A DNA stretch of 64,000 bases, from the NCBI RefSeq assembly GCF_009914755.1, contig NC_060940.1, one strand, 5' to 3'. The DNA is from the human T2T-CHM13v2.0 reference genome, Homo sapiens. This document shows, in pieces, positions 39,016 through 55,849 of this stretch (positions are counted from its first letter, which is position 1; every line of letters starts with the position of its first letter). The notes under the pieces were generated by a model that worked only from the letters and a program-made list of their open reading frames with translations, had not been told where the DNA came from and did not search any database. The translations under genes and the position numbers were made by a program.

Positions 39016-41228
39016 CTGATTCTTAAGGTCTATTTTTTCTTGGACTCCCCCCATTCGAAGCACCCACTACCTTCAGAGAGGAAAGAGAGGAGAGGATTAT
39101 CTTATTACTCCAATTATTCTTTACCTTATGAGTTTCTCAGATAATGTGATACAAACACAGCTTCTCAGCCAGCAGTACACAGGTCCATCTCTCCTCACTT
39201 CACAAGCTAATTTTCACCTCAAATACAGCAAAAGCCAGAATATGAAGCTGACATAGGGAGATGTTCAACCTGTCATGTCTCTTTTTGACCTGTACCTCAG
39301 GATCTTAGAAAAAATTCACATTAATGGAAATCACTTCTGCCTCTCTTTTCAGTCAGGGTGTTATGTCCAAGGGTTTACTGAAGCCACAGCCATGCACTGC
39401 ACTCTAGGAAGACCAAGGGGCTCACCAACTGGGAACACTCCAGTGAAAAGCCTCAGGCTGCTGGTCTGAACTGCATCTTCCCCACCTCAACAAATAAAGG
39501 CATCATATTTAAGGTGTCTAGAGATGCAGGAGCAACAGCCAGCAGCTTTTTTGAATACTGCATACTACTTGCTTTAAATACGAATTCAACTGCTTAAAAC
39601 ACAAGGACTCATGGCCAGTGTTACACCTCTTGAGATGTTATACCACTGTTCACTTGATGACAGAGTGACTTTTAACTTGGAGGGCTGAAGCACATACCTT
39701 ATCAAAGAGGGTAAGTGATACAGACAATAAAGGTCCTCCATCTCTTTACAGCCACCAGAGACAATGAACTTTGTTTCACATGACTGAGAGAAAGGCCAAC
39801 AACTAAAGTCCTCAACGGGGCCCCCAAAGCCAGAGGTACTTGCTGAGAAAGCAAAGGGCAGATTCCACCTCCGCTGGCTGGCAGACCCACACATTCTGCT
39901 TAACCATGTGAAACAGCCAGCTCTTACTCTGCCCGCCCCCAGGCCCAGTTATGATATTTGGGGTAGAAAGAGAATAGCAACACCGGTGACTTTTCTAGGA
40001 GGCTGTTTTATAAAAACAGAGCTTCCAATTTTAGGCCTAAAATTGAAAAGAAAAATAGCCAGAATTAGAAGTCTGTTTTAACACAATATATTGAAAATTA
40101 CAAGTTTAAACACTGGTAGCTGGAGACGGGGTATCACACTACCACATGACTTCTCAGTGAGTCATAAAAAATAGTACCGGCTTGTTTAACAGTGATCGTC
40201 CACCAGTGACAGAATTAAGAAGTCCGCTTGTGTCAAATGATGGAAAACCAAACTGATACCCCTCTTGTGTTTGTTTCAGCAGTGGCAGAACTGACACAAA
40301 TGAATTGCAGCAACAATCTACAAGACAAACACTGATAAACCTTTTTTGAGGCTGGTCAAAGAGGAAATGTTTGAAACCCTGAATATGACTCATTTTTCAG
40401 AAGTCAGTTTAACAGGAGAAAAAAAAATCTCTAAACTATTAATAAATCACTAACTGAAATATTTCTGGATTGCTAACATCCAATCTTGATTAGCATACCT
40501 TTGTGTCAAAGCAAAAGCCAAATGCAGGCATTTAACAAGTCACTACCCTTTCAGTTAGGAGAATCGCTCTGGTGGAACTAGATGAGAACAACAAAAATTA
40601 ATCTTCAGGCATAGATGGATACTGTCATGATAATAAGATAATAAAGACCTCCCCAAAGGATTTCTGGGTATCATAAATTATATAACAAATCCACTTCTGC
40701 CAGGCAGCCAAGATTAACTCCTATTCACCCAGGTTATGACTCGGTATTGCCAATGGGCTTATTGAAGTGGAAGTCTCATTATCCACCACTGCTCAGCAAA
40801 AGGCACAGTCATCTTTCTCATTGCAAATCAATTTGCTGACACCAACTACTCACTGTAAGAGAAGTCAACCTAATAATCTTAAAAACAACTTTGACACTTG
40901 TTTCTTCCAGGCCAAAAACATATTTTAAGAACCAGAAAAGAAAATGTTCCGTAATTTCTCCCTCCCAGTAAGTCCTTAAACCGAATTTTTTAAGTGCCTA
41001 AGATGACATTTTATTATAATATACTTTATTATGTCTATCGTGCGTCCAAGGCTTAAATGCATTACACATTATTTATTCCCTTGGGACAAAAACATTCATG
41101 GCTCCCAAGCAAATAGTCAAATATAAAAAGTACATAGAAGAGAAAGGCTGTTGTCATTTTAGTGACAGCATCTTAGACTGCAAGCTCCAAGAAGACAGGG
41201 AATGTGTATGATGACACAAAAAGGGTCA

Positions 41229-41573
<345 letters not shown>

Positions 41574-41989
41574 CTAACTGGCATCTAAGAGATACTTTCT
41601 AAAGAATCAAATGGAAAATAAGCACCTACTATGTCCCTAGTGCACTGCACAAATCTACCTAAATGCAGAGTACTACCACTTTTACATAGTAACATCCACA
41701 AATAGTTTCCCAAGGTTTACTACGTACCAGGCATCATTCTCAAAACATTTTTACACATATCAACTAATAAAACAATCCAACTCTCCAATAATAATACCCT
41801 AGGAGATAGTAAGCAGCAGAGCCAAAATTCAGACTCTTAAATTAAGGATGCTTTTCAAAGCTATTTTTTTTTAAGCCTGAAGGTTTAAATTGCTTCTTTC
41901 AAAACAGCATACTCCGATAGAGTGGTTTTTTGTTTGCTTTGGTGTGCTAAGTCTTTGAGTCACTGAGAAATGAGAGTTTGGACTATACA

Positions 41990-42460
41990 AGTAGTTTTCA
42001 AACTTTAACTGCAACCTTCAGTGAGAAATATATTTTATATCCTTACCCAATGCACACATATAAAGCCATGTACAACTCAAAGAAAAGTTCCATGAATATT
42101 TAACCTTTTAAATATTTACCCAAGCCTGGGCAACACAGCGATACTCTGTCTCTACAAAAAAATTTAAAACAATTAAGTGGGTGTGATGATGTACACCTCT
42201 AGTCCCAGCTACTCAGGAGGCTGAGGGGAGAGAACTGCTTGAGCCCAGGAATTTGAGGTTACAATGACCGATGAGTGTGCCACTGCACTCCAGCCTGGGT
42301 GACAGAGCAAGATCCTGTCTCAAAATAAATAATCTACTCAATATTTACCCTTACTTCTATGATGCACTGATTTGCACTATTTGTTTTCTTTTTTTCCCAT
42401 TTTGTTTTTAATTGTTGCTTATAACCCACCAATGAGATATGACCCATAGCTTGGAAATCT
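41990..42460. mobile_element. Charlie4-like hAT DNA element containing an Alu right-arm insertion (42122-42332)
   Basis: gtagttttcaaacttt...gagaaatatatttt...cttctatgatgcact...gacccatagcttggaaa; Alu arm flanked by aatatttaccc repeats. Confidence 0.65.
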
Positions 42461-42639
42461 CAACCAAGCTTGATAAACGTTCCCTCCATCACCTTTATTG
42501 TGCCTGAAACAACGTTAGGCATTTTACAGTCATGATAGCATTTACTCTCCACAGCTACTCTCGGAGGTTCCTATGGCTATCCCTATTTTACGGATGAGGA
42601 AATAAGCTCAGAACTAAAGCAGCTTATGCAAGCCCTTAG

Positions 42640-43016
<377 letters not shown>

Positions 43017-43121
43017 AGTCTTATACACACTGTTACCACTGCTCAGAATCCCTCCCCATTCCTTTCTCTAGTCTTTCATGCCTTATGCTGGGATTTTACT
43101 TCCCACAGGACTCCTTCCTGA

Positions 43122-43519
<398 letters not shown>

Positions 43520-43889
43520 TAATTGTCACTATCTTATGTTCCAACCAGACAATAAAGTCCTTAAGAGCAAGATCTACAATAGGCACTAAAAATTATTGGA
43601 ACAAGTAGCTGGCAACATATAAACACATTTCTTCTTCCTGAAACACGATGTGTCCAATCCTAGAGTCAGTCTTTCAGAAAAATTCAGAATACATACGCTT
43701 CACTTTGAATACAACCATGAAAGCATTACATTTTGGAGGCCAACATTTTTTAGCTTACAAAACTGGTTTTTAGTTTCAGAAGTACCCTATGAATGGTCCA
43801 CATTCTGTCTGAGAATGCCAGTCTTTTGCTTATAGATTTCTAACTTAAAAATAACAGTCTGGTTCTTCTTAGGGAGAAAATATCTTGTA

Positions 43890-44100
43890 CAGGTTGAGTA
43901 TCCCTTATCCCAAATGCTTGAGACCAGAAGTGTTCTGGATTTTGAACTTCAGATTTTAGAATATTAACATTGTACTTACCAGTAGAGCATCCCTAATATG
44001 AAAATCTGAAATCTGAAATTCTTCAATGAGCATTTCCTTTGGGCCTCATGTCAGGGATCAAAAGTTCTAAATTTTGGAGCATTTCAGGTTTCAGAGTTTC
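43890..44100. mobile_element. Tigger4a/MER46-type DNA element
   Basis: caggttgagtatcccttatcc...gagcatccctaat...aatgagcatttcctttg. Confidence 0.82.
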
Positions 44101-44145
44101 AGTAACTTCAGTACTTTAAAAGTGTGTTTTTGAAAGTTTTGTTCT

Positions 44146-44522
<377 letters not shown>

Positions 44523-45849
44523 TTAGAACTTTCTGTTGAGTGAATCAATTGAAGTACTGTATGAAAATAGCAAATATGCAAATCAGAAAGGGGAGGAGCT
44601 TAGGCCAAACTGTTCAGAAGGAAAGAAAAACAGGTTTCCTTCCAAATGGGGAAAAGGCAACTGGAAAGATTTTTACCTGTTGCACAACTTTTTATTATCT
44701 CTTTCTGCTAGGCCAATCAACGATTGAGAGCTGTGAACTTGGAAAAGCAAATGCTCTGATAAATTAAGCAACTCCAGCTCTTTGACTAGGAAAGTTTTAA
44801 AGTCAGAGTTAAAGATTAAGTCTTCAATTAAACATTTTTATTTTTTTACTTGAAGTTGCCATGAATATTCAAGTTTCTAACATCCTAAAAGGGCTTTATT
44901 TTAGGAGTGAAAAGATTCTGGATAAACTAAAAGGTTATTCTACCATGAGAAGACCGCGATAAGTGGTGCTGGAACATGTAAGAATGGCTTGTAAAGGTAC
45001 TGACCTCTGCCACTATGTTGTACATCTTTCCTTCTGACTCTGTTATATGTTAAGTTTTTAAATGTGTGGTCTCGAATGCTCATACTTCTTATGGAGATTA
45101 TACGACCATGGAGATAATCATTTGTATGACTAGGAAAGAACAGTCTTCTTTCATGTGGCTTTCATCTTTAAAAGCCCAACTGCTCAGCTACCCACAAAAG
45201 ATCTTAACCAAGACAAACTGATCCAATGGCAATTTCCCAAGAAGAGAAGAAAACAAACAGCCCCACTCTAGCTTTGCAAAACTTGGTCTGCAGACCAAGG
45301 GTGAATGTCACAACTCGGCCCCTCCCCTTTCAGAATGTATCCAGACTCATCAACCATTGCCTACACATAATGACTAACTTCCATACCACAGGAAATAGGC
45401 TGTTCTAGAAACCTGACATCTACAAGTAAGGTGGTCTTATAATTGTATATCCAAGGAGTTGCTTGGTTTGAACTCAAAATCTGCTCAAAGGATGCTTGCT
45501 GCGTGTCATCAATTAGATCTTAGTGGGAAGGCAGACTTGTAATCCTGCAAAACACAGCCTTCAGTAAAAGGCTTTTTCCACCTTGCCAATGTGCCCAATG
45601 ACACAGGTCACGACACCTCTCTGAGACAAGACAGTAAGAATGACAAAATCGAAATTTACAAAGTATGAGGAATTGAAGCACAGATCCCACCTCAGTTGGG
45701 GAACATTTGAGAGTTTCTCATTATGAAGTCATGTAGAAACCTTGTATTAAATAAATGAAGTTCGAGGTTGCAGGGAACCATGATTAGGCTACTGCACTCA
45801 GCCTGGGCAACAGAGTAAGACCCCATCTCAAAATAAATAAATAAAATAA

Positions 45850-46207
<358 letters not shown>

Positions 46208-47334
46208 TAATCTTCACTAGTAACACTTGGCACAGGGACCTATCAGACTTGGATCCATCTTTATAGCAATTTTTTAAAACTAAAATCTGAAACACTAAAT
46301 AACTTATTACAAGGAGCTATACCAGATCCATGGCCCTTTACAGCGTGTTAACTCAGAACAAGATCACTTGCAAACACAGACCAATCCCCAACTGTAGATA
46401 ATAAAAGATGACAGTGTAAAGATACACAGAAAATGTTTAGGGACTACAGGTAATTAAGGCTTTAAAAAAAAAAAAACATAAACTACATCTGAAAGCAGCT
46501 TTTTCGGCTTCTATTGCTTAACAGAGATTTCCATTTTATTCTGGGTTTTACTGAAAAAGCAAGTGCCTCCCACAGTAGTCTGTATCATTTCTACTACTAC
46601 TCGTTTCCCTTCTCAAGACCCCACTATGTTGAATTATGAGCAATATGACAAAGTGAAATGAGATTTTAAATACTGCCTGCCTCAGTGTTTAACATCATTT
46701 TAGGGCACATATCCCACTGTCCCTTTAAAGCAGTCACCAGGAAGAAGTAATCTACAGGTCAGCTCTTGAGATGGGACAGAGCCTTGAATCCATGCACTGG
46801 CTTGGGTTCAAGAAGCAATTAGGCTTTTTCTCCCACCCCAACAGAACAAGTCAGACCCTAACTTTACTTCTAACATGGGGAGTCCCAACAGCAAACAATG
46901 AGGAACTGAGGAGCAATCCAGGTAGCCGGGAAACTGCTAAAGGTGAAAGAGTAAACAATATTATTCATTTTTTCATTGAAAAAAAAAAAAAAGGCCACCA
47001 ATACTAATGGCTATGGTATTTTAAATTCTACATAACCTACTTGTGGGTATTTTTGTCACAAATGCAAAAAAAGAAATTTGTCAATTTGCTTGAGTTAGTC
47101 AAGTCTTTATTTTTTTGCCTGAGACTTCTGAAGGCAAGTCTTTAAGTCCTGAAATCGGGACCTGCTCAGCAGTGGCCATCACCACAAAGACTTCATTGAA
47201 TAAGGTGTGGCGCTGCACTAGAGTTACTGAGTCTTGGAACCTACAAACTTCAGCCATTCATATCCCATCTTTACCATCCCATCTACTGTTCACCTAATAT
47301 TTTTCTTAAAAGCTTCTTTAAAAACTGCATCTAC

Positions 47335-47847
47335 TGTTAAATAAAAATGATAGAAGACCATGGTTCTGGACTAAGCTCCTGCACTAGGCTCCAAGAGACC
47401 AGACTAAAAATCAAAATGGAGTCATTCATGCCCAAACTAAGTTTGTTATCTGACCTTCCCAGAAACCAGGAGAAAGAGATAACATCCAACTTCCCAAACT
47501 CCATGTTTAAATCTTCAACTGGCACGATAATGAAGTTCCCTAGTTTTAAACCTTACACACAAACACACACAAAAGTCTGAAGTAATCTAATGTTAACTAT
47601 TCAGTTATTTCTCTATTGTTCTGTTTCCCTGTCCTGCCTTACAAGAAAAGCAGCTTTAAAAGGACTGATACACTCTTTGTTCTTTGCTTCTGCTTTCTTC
47701 AGCCCTTCTGTCTATAAAGCCAACTCCTGCTTTAGCTCATCTAAACACTTATTCTATATTATGGAATGAAACATTGCCCAATTCTAGAATTGCAATACAG
47801 CCAGTTGAGATCTGGAAACTAAATTGGTTGCAATTTTGTCTTTGACA
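47335..47847 (+). mobile_element. Solo ERV1-class LTR (MER72/LTR47-like)
   Basis: TG...CA termini; start tgttaaataaaa...ggactaagctcctgcactagg...aaaatggagtca; internal tctataaa. Confidence 0.78.
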
Positions 47848-47929
47848 TGACTTTAGTATCATCCTAAGCACTATTGTCCATGAATTCATAGGTGTGATAT
47901 GATAGTTATGTTTTCATTCATACACATTA

Positions 47930-48289
<360 letters not shown>

Positions 48290-49374
48290 TTATGCACCAT
48301 CAGCAGTAAAAAAACACATGAGTATTCATTTCAGCAACACATAAATTACAAGTGTAACCAAAGCCACACTTTGAGAAACAGTGATTTAGTCCTAAATCCT
48401 TTATGTCATAGTTAAAGAAACAGACTGAGAGGGGATGTGATCTGCCCAAGGAAAAGCAGCAATGGTGGCAGAGTCTAGACTAGAACTAAGGACTTAATCC
48501 AATGGTAGTCCCACTACAGTAGACTGTCTTGGTTCTTGAGCTACAGGAAGAATTAGAGACCTGGCCTCAGAGGAGTTCACCAACAAGTAAACTCTAAGCA
48601 GTCAGGAAGCCCTTTTGCATGTGGATCTGGGCTTTTCTCTTTATCTGAGACTCTGTCAAACATTATCTAGACTGGCTGAAATAAATCTATTTCTTTTCCC
48701 AAAGTCTAATGTGGTTTTGCCCAACTCACTGAACCTCAAGGCATACAGTCAAAGATAAAAATGTCTCCTGGATCAGTTTCCCAATTTTTGATCCAACAGT
48801 ATCCTAGCCCCTGTCCCCACTGCTAGACTTATACAGGCTCCATAGGGTTTCAGGAGGAAGATTTTCCATCTCTGGGTTTTAGGCCAGCTTTGGAAACATG
48901 CTGGAAGTTTCCATTACAGAGTCACTAGTGTATTTCCCAGATACCCAGAGGACAGGTTTTATTTTCAAATGATACATAACTTGTGTCTACTGTGTGCCTA
49001 GCAATCTTTTTATACACTGTCCCATAAACTGACTATAAGAGGAGGTAAAATGATATACATGATTCTTGACTCCTTGGGAATTAGCTGCCATTCCAGGTGG
49101 GCATAGCAATGGATGCCATGTAGCCAATAATAGCTAATGTTATTAAATGTTTGTTTTTATGCCCAGCACTGTGCCATGTCCTTCGAATGTACTATCTTAT
49201 TGAATCCTCACAACCATTTACTGTGATTACCCTCACTCCATACATGAGGAAGCTGAGGCTTAGAGAGAGAAATGGCTCATCCAAGGTCAAGTGGCAAGTC
49301 GGTGATAAAGTTCAGACTCAAACCCAGACTGACTCTAGAGACTATGTTCTCTTAACCAAGGCACTATGTACATC

Positions 49375-49670
49375 TATTTTTTGTTTGTTTTGAGCAGGGT
49401 CTCACTTTGTCACCCCGAATGGAGTGCAGTGACACGATCACAGCTCACTACAGCCTCAACTTTCCGGGCTAGGGTGATTCTCCTCAGTCTCCCAAGTAGC
49501 TGGGACCACAGGCGGGCACCACCATGCCTGGCTAACTTTTGTATTTTCTGTAGAGCCAGGGTTTCACCATGTTGCCCAGGCTAGTCTTGAACTGGTGGGC
49601 TTAAGTGATCCTCCCTGGCTAGGCCTCTTAAAATGCTAGGACTACAGGCATGAGCCACCATGCCTGGCCC
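49375..49670 (-). mobile_element. Alu (AluJ-like), next to a MIR at ~49125-49360
   Basis: TSD cactatgtacatcta / cactatgtatatcta. Confidence 0.9.
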
Positions 49671-49693
49671 ACTATGTATATCTAAATCTTTTA

Positions 49694-50361
<668 letters not shown>

Positions 50362-50569
50362 CTAGACCTAATGCACCTTTGAAGTTCAAGAATACTGACT
50401 ATTCTGGGAATGCCATTTCATACTAATTGAAGGAGGAATTTGCTGCTTATAATCTAAAGCTAATCAACTTGCAGTATCTGGTGTGTCAAGAAATGACAAT
50501 TGTTAATTATCATTTAAATCAACTTTAGGTACCCTTATTCCGTTACTACTTACAAGATACAAAACTGGA

Positions 50570-51640
50570 GTACTAATGGAGTATTAGAAAAATGTATTTG
50601 GTCTTTGTCCCTGGTTCCTGCCAGAGATCCTAAAACCCTTGGAATTTTCTGTCTTTTATTATTCATGAAGAGCCCTCTGGACCACATGCCAGAGTTTATG
50701 CTAACAAGGTGATTTCACCATGGGCCCTTATAGTTTCCAGTGAAGGGCTAGCCAAACCAGAAAGACCAAGCACATGATTAGACCTCAAAGCCCTACTTTC
50801 TGAGCTTTGGGGAGGGGAGGGCTGGCTAGAGACAGAGTTCAATCACCAATGGTCAATGATCATGCCTAAGTAATGAAACCTCAATCAGAACTCCGAAACA
50901 ATGAGGCTGGGAGAGCTTCCAGGTTGGTAAAAGCATTTATGAGCTAGGAGTGGCACACCAGAAGGGGCATGGAAGCTCTGCACCCCCAACTCATACCTTG
51001 CCCTATGCGTCTCTTCCATTCAGCTGTTCCTGAGTTATAAATAAATCCTTTGTAACAAAACTGTAATCCTAAATATCATGCTTTCCTGAGTTCTATGACT
51101 CATGATAGCAAATTATCAAACCTGGGATGGGGAGTCATGGGAACCTCCAAATTTATAGTCTGCTGGGCAGAAGTTCAGGTAACGTACAAATACCCAATAC
51201 CTGCAGCTGGCATCTGAAGTGGGGCAATTTTGAGGTAATGCGTAAGTAATATGTGGGATCTGAGGGTGTGGGGGCCCACACCTGTAATCCCAGCACTTTG
51301 AGAGGCCAAGGCAAGAGGATCGCTTGAGGCAGTTTGAGACCAGCCTGGGCAACAAGCAAGACTCCATCTCTACAAAAAAAAAATTTTTTTTAACTAGCCA
51401 GCCATGGAGGTGTGTGCCTCTGGTCCTAGCTACTTGGGAGGCTGAGGTGGGGAGATCACTTGAGCCCCAGAGTTTGAAATGACAGTGAGCTATGATAGCA
51501 CCACTGCACTCTAGCCTGGGCGACAGGGCAAGACCCTGTCTCTATAAACAAAAAATGAAATAAACAGGTGGGGTCTGTGCTAACTCCACGCAGTAACAGA
51601 ACTAAACTGCTGGACACTCAACTGCTGCCCAAGAACTGTT
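50570..51640. mobile_element. MER21-like LTR with an Alu insertion (~51270-51560)
   Basis: gagtttatgctaa...aatgaaacctc...gagcttccaggttggt...ttcctgagttct...gcatctgaagtgggg motifs. Confidence 0.75.
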
Positions 51641-51893
51641 GGAATGATATAATTAATCACCTCATTAAGAGGTCCACACTAAAACTAACCATTCTGATGC
51701 TCAGAAGCCACTTCCCTGCTTGATCTAATCATTAAATCTACACCTGTCACCAATTCAGAGCACTGCTTGCAGGTCGGCACTAGCAGGAAATCAGGTCCTA
51801 TGGACAGATCACAGCACCTGGTCAAAATTTTTTTTTTTTTTTTTAAAGAAGAAAGACTAATTTGGCCTGCCAAAGAGAACATGGATGTTGTAG

Positions 51894-52205
<312 letters not shown>

Positions 52206-52470
52206 GATTTTCTTTAATTAGTTTTTTCACATTACAGTTCCCACAAGAGAATCATTAATTACCTCAGCAATTGACATGTAACTGTTCCGTTTGGATAGCA
52301 AACATTGTTAAATGTCAAGAGCCACTATCCAGTGTTCTCTAATGCTCTAACGGATACAAATAATTACAATCCCTTCTTTACCAACTTCCGATTTGTCAAA
52401 ATAAAGCCCTAAGAGACAGGGATGGAGGCCGGGGGAATTGGCCAGCAGTCTGTAAAGATGACTGGTCTCC

Positions 52471-52990
52471 AAGATGGGAAGTTGTCAGAGAGGAGGACAT
52501 GTAGGGTAGCCGGCCTTCGAGGGGGCACAGTGGTGATGGGTGGTGGGTGTGGAGTGGGGAGAAATGCCCATCAGTGGTCTAGCCTGGACCAGGGATAACT
52601 CCTGATTATGGCTGATTAGTCCATCTTGGAGAACAATTTGGCCAAACCAGCCACTGTGTCCCTGTGCTCATCCCTCTTAGGCAGAAATATGCTTTCCAGT
52701 TGGGAGAGGACTTGTGATCAGAGCCCTGGCCAGGGCCAGTACACTGCCCAACTCCAGAGGACCCTGTCCCCTCCTTGTGAACGGCATTCCCTGGAGTTGG
52801 GCAATCTTGTGGGCCTGCTCCTTCCCTACCCTCTGTCCCCAGTAAGTGCACTGTTAGTATTTTGCAGCCTCTCCCAGCTAGACCACTGATGGGCTTTTCT
52901 CCCCAGTCCACAATACCACCAACCACCGTGTCCTCTCAAAGGCCAGCTACCCTACACAAGCTCATCTCCGACAACTGAACCTCCCATCTT
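52471..52990. repeat. Imperfect inverted repeat, ~113 bp arms (52471-52583 / 52877-52990)
   Basis: gcccatcagtggtctagc (52566-52583) is the exact reverse complement of 52877-52894; similarity continues to aagatggga/tcccatctt. Confidence 0.9.
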
Positions 52991-54084
52991 AGTGCTCTGG
53001 GAGTCTTTAGGCTTTTCTCTTTCCTAAAAAGTTAGGAAACTCTCAAGCAGAATGCTCCTCACCGTGGGCATGAGATACACCAACTGTTTTGAGTAAATGA
53101 CTGAACAACTGACTATTTCAAAGAACAACTAAATTTCTAAGAGAAAAAGAATCTGACAACATTCTCAAAAGTAGACACACAGCATTCACTCTATCACTCC
53201 TCACTCTCTAATTCCACTTACTGAGAAGGAAGAAAATGTCACAACTGGGGAAAAACACCTCCTCAGAGGGCCTGAGACTTCCAGTGTGCCCCTAGATGCT
53301 GTCTCATAGGACCCACACTGCTAGAGTCCCGGCACCTTCACTGTAATGGTATTATTCACCTCCCCCTCCTGTTTAAAGAGCACTTACTAGGCAAGTCATT
53401 AAGTAGACATAAAGCAACTATTTAATTGAAAGCCAATTTGCTTTACAGATATTTTTTAAAAATAAGGAATGCATGTCCATGGTGGTTATTTCCACAGAGC
53501 TGTTCAGAAGCTGTTCTGTCCATGGATCCACCTGGATTCTCCTCTTCAAATTCCAGGGCAGGTCACAGGAAATGGAAGTCTGGTTTAGCATTTTGCACTG
53601 GTGTTCGAGAACAGGCCCACTTGCTTATCTGAAAAACTTACAGTGCACTGACCATTTTGGGGTTGGTTTGGGGGGGAAAAAAAGAAAACTTACAGGGATA
53701 ATGCCTCAACTCCTATTTGAATGTAATATGGTCACTTTCAGAACTATTCTGAAGAAAAAAGCCCAGCTTTCTATCAAGTATCCACAACCACTACTAAAAC
53801 TAAGAAGCCTCTCATCCCACTACCATTAATAACCTCGCTTCACATATGCTTCACTATAGGGAGTCTTCTTTGAAAGATGAAGAGTTTGTGACAAAATGTT
53901 TGAGTACAGAACCCAAGAACACAGAGTCCAAACACCAAGGATTCAATTAAACTTTATCGGGTGCCTACACCAACTTGTTTGAGAGATGCAGTGCAACAGA
54001 CAGAACAAGAATTAGTGCAGAGAAGGCCTGATTCTAGCCTTGCTGCTGCCTAGAGCTTGCTCTGTAACTTTAAGCATTTACTCA

Positions 54085-54390
54085 TCTTTTTTTTTTTTTT
54101 TAAATGAGACAGGGTCTCACTCTGTCACCAAGGCTACAGTGCAGTGGTGCGATCTCAGCTCACTGCAGCCTGACCTTCTGGGCTCAAGTGATCCTGCTGC
54201 CTCAGCCTCCCAAGCAGGTGACACTACAGGTGCACACCACCACGCCCAGCTCCTTTCCCTTATTTCTTGTAAAATGAGGTCTCACTGTGTTGCCCAGACT
54301 GGTCTCAAACTCCTGGGCTCAAGAGATTCTCCCGTCTAAGCCTCCCAAAGTACTGGGATTACACGCATGCAGTGCATTACCATGCCTGGC
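54085..54390 (-). mobile_element. Alu (AluJ-like)
   Basis: Diverged reverse Alu. Confidence 0.88.
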
Positions 54391-54898
54391 CTACTTATTT
54401 TTCTTGATTTCTGTTTTCCCACTGAAAATAACCACTTTTCAACCTGTTTTCAGCCTCAGAACATTTTATTCAACTAGAATCTAATAGGGTAGCCCAATAT
54501 AACAGAATATTACAGTAACTTTTCACAGACTGAAGTAGTAACGTGAAACAGAAGGAAAACAGCAAAACCCCCTCATCCCTGCCACAAGCATACTTCAACA
54601 ATGGCGGAGAGGGCTCCTCAAAGCCCAGCTTGAAATAAACACCAGATATGCTAAGATTCTGCAAGGGTCTGACTTTTTCCTGCTTCTCCTAAACTTCAGG
54701 AAGGGGAATTAACAGCATTCAAAGTAGTAATGCTATGACTTGAGACTCGTTCAGAATCAAAATTAAAGGACACATACTAATCCACTTTAAGCAAACACTG
54801 CATAGAGTTCAAACCCATCATGAATGATAGAGAGCTAAAAGCTGTAACCCAACTCTGCCGCTTGTGTGGAAACAATCTGCTACTAAAATAAAGGAGCA

Positions 54899-55215
54899 GG
54901 CCAGGTGTGGTGGCTCACGCCTGTAACCCCAGCACTTTGGGAGGCCGAGGCAGGCAGATCACTTGAGGTGAGAAGTCTGAGACCAGCCTGGGCAACACAG
55001 CGAAACCCCATCTCTATTAAAAATACAATAAATTAGTGGTGCATGGTGGTGCAGGCCTGTAGTCCCAGCTACTCAGGAGGGCTGAGACAGGAGGATCGCT
55101 TGAGCCTGGGAGGTCGAGGCTGCCGTGAGCCTTGATCATGCCACTGCATTCCAGCCTGGGCCACTGAGTCCAGCCTGAGACTCTGTCTCAAAAAATAAAT
55201 GAATACATAATAAAT
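54899..55215 (+). mobile_element. Alu (AluJ-like)
   Basis: Alu dimer consensus. Confidence 0.9.
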
Positions 55216-55849
55216 CAAAAAGGGGCAGGTTTTTTCAACACTTTCTCTTGGCCCAACAGGCAGAAAGAGGGGCAGTGGCTCCGAGATGCTAAGCAGTCTC
55301 AAAAATGAAGAGTCCCACACTATACACTGCTGCTATCTGAGATTCTTAGTCAGTCATCAGACCTGGTATGAATCTGCAGGCCCAAGTGACAGAATTATTT
55401 CTAGTCACCAGGTCCTGCGGTTGAGCCCTCCAGCAGAGCAGGGCACAAAAGGATCAGGGATGATGCTTCCCAACACTATGCAATCCAAGCTTCTGTGTGG
55501 CAATTCAATCCCAAGCCTAACAATATAGTACAGCTCAAAGGACACTCTTGAACAAGGTCAAGCCCTCAGGAAGGTAGACGAAGTCATTGACATGTCTGCC
55601 TTTGCATGCAACCAGGCTGGTATCCAGGCTCTGGGCACAGGTGACTTATTTTGCCACAAGAGCTAATCACCACCTCAAGACTGATTTACTAAGCTTCCCT
55701 GTTCTGATGTATGGTATTTAAAGAAGGTCTCATTTGCACACATCTTAAAGAAAATGATTTCCCTATCTGCCATTCTCTTCTTTCAACATGTCACAACTTC
55801 AAAGAATAAGAGTTTGAGCCACTTCCAATCTTTTCTTTCATTTTCAGTG

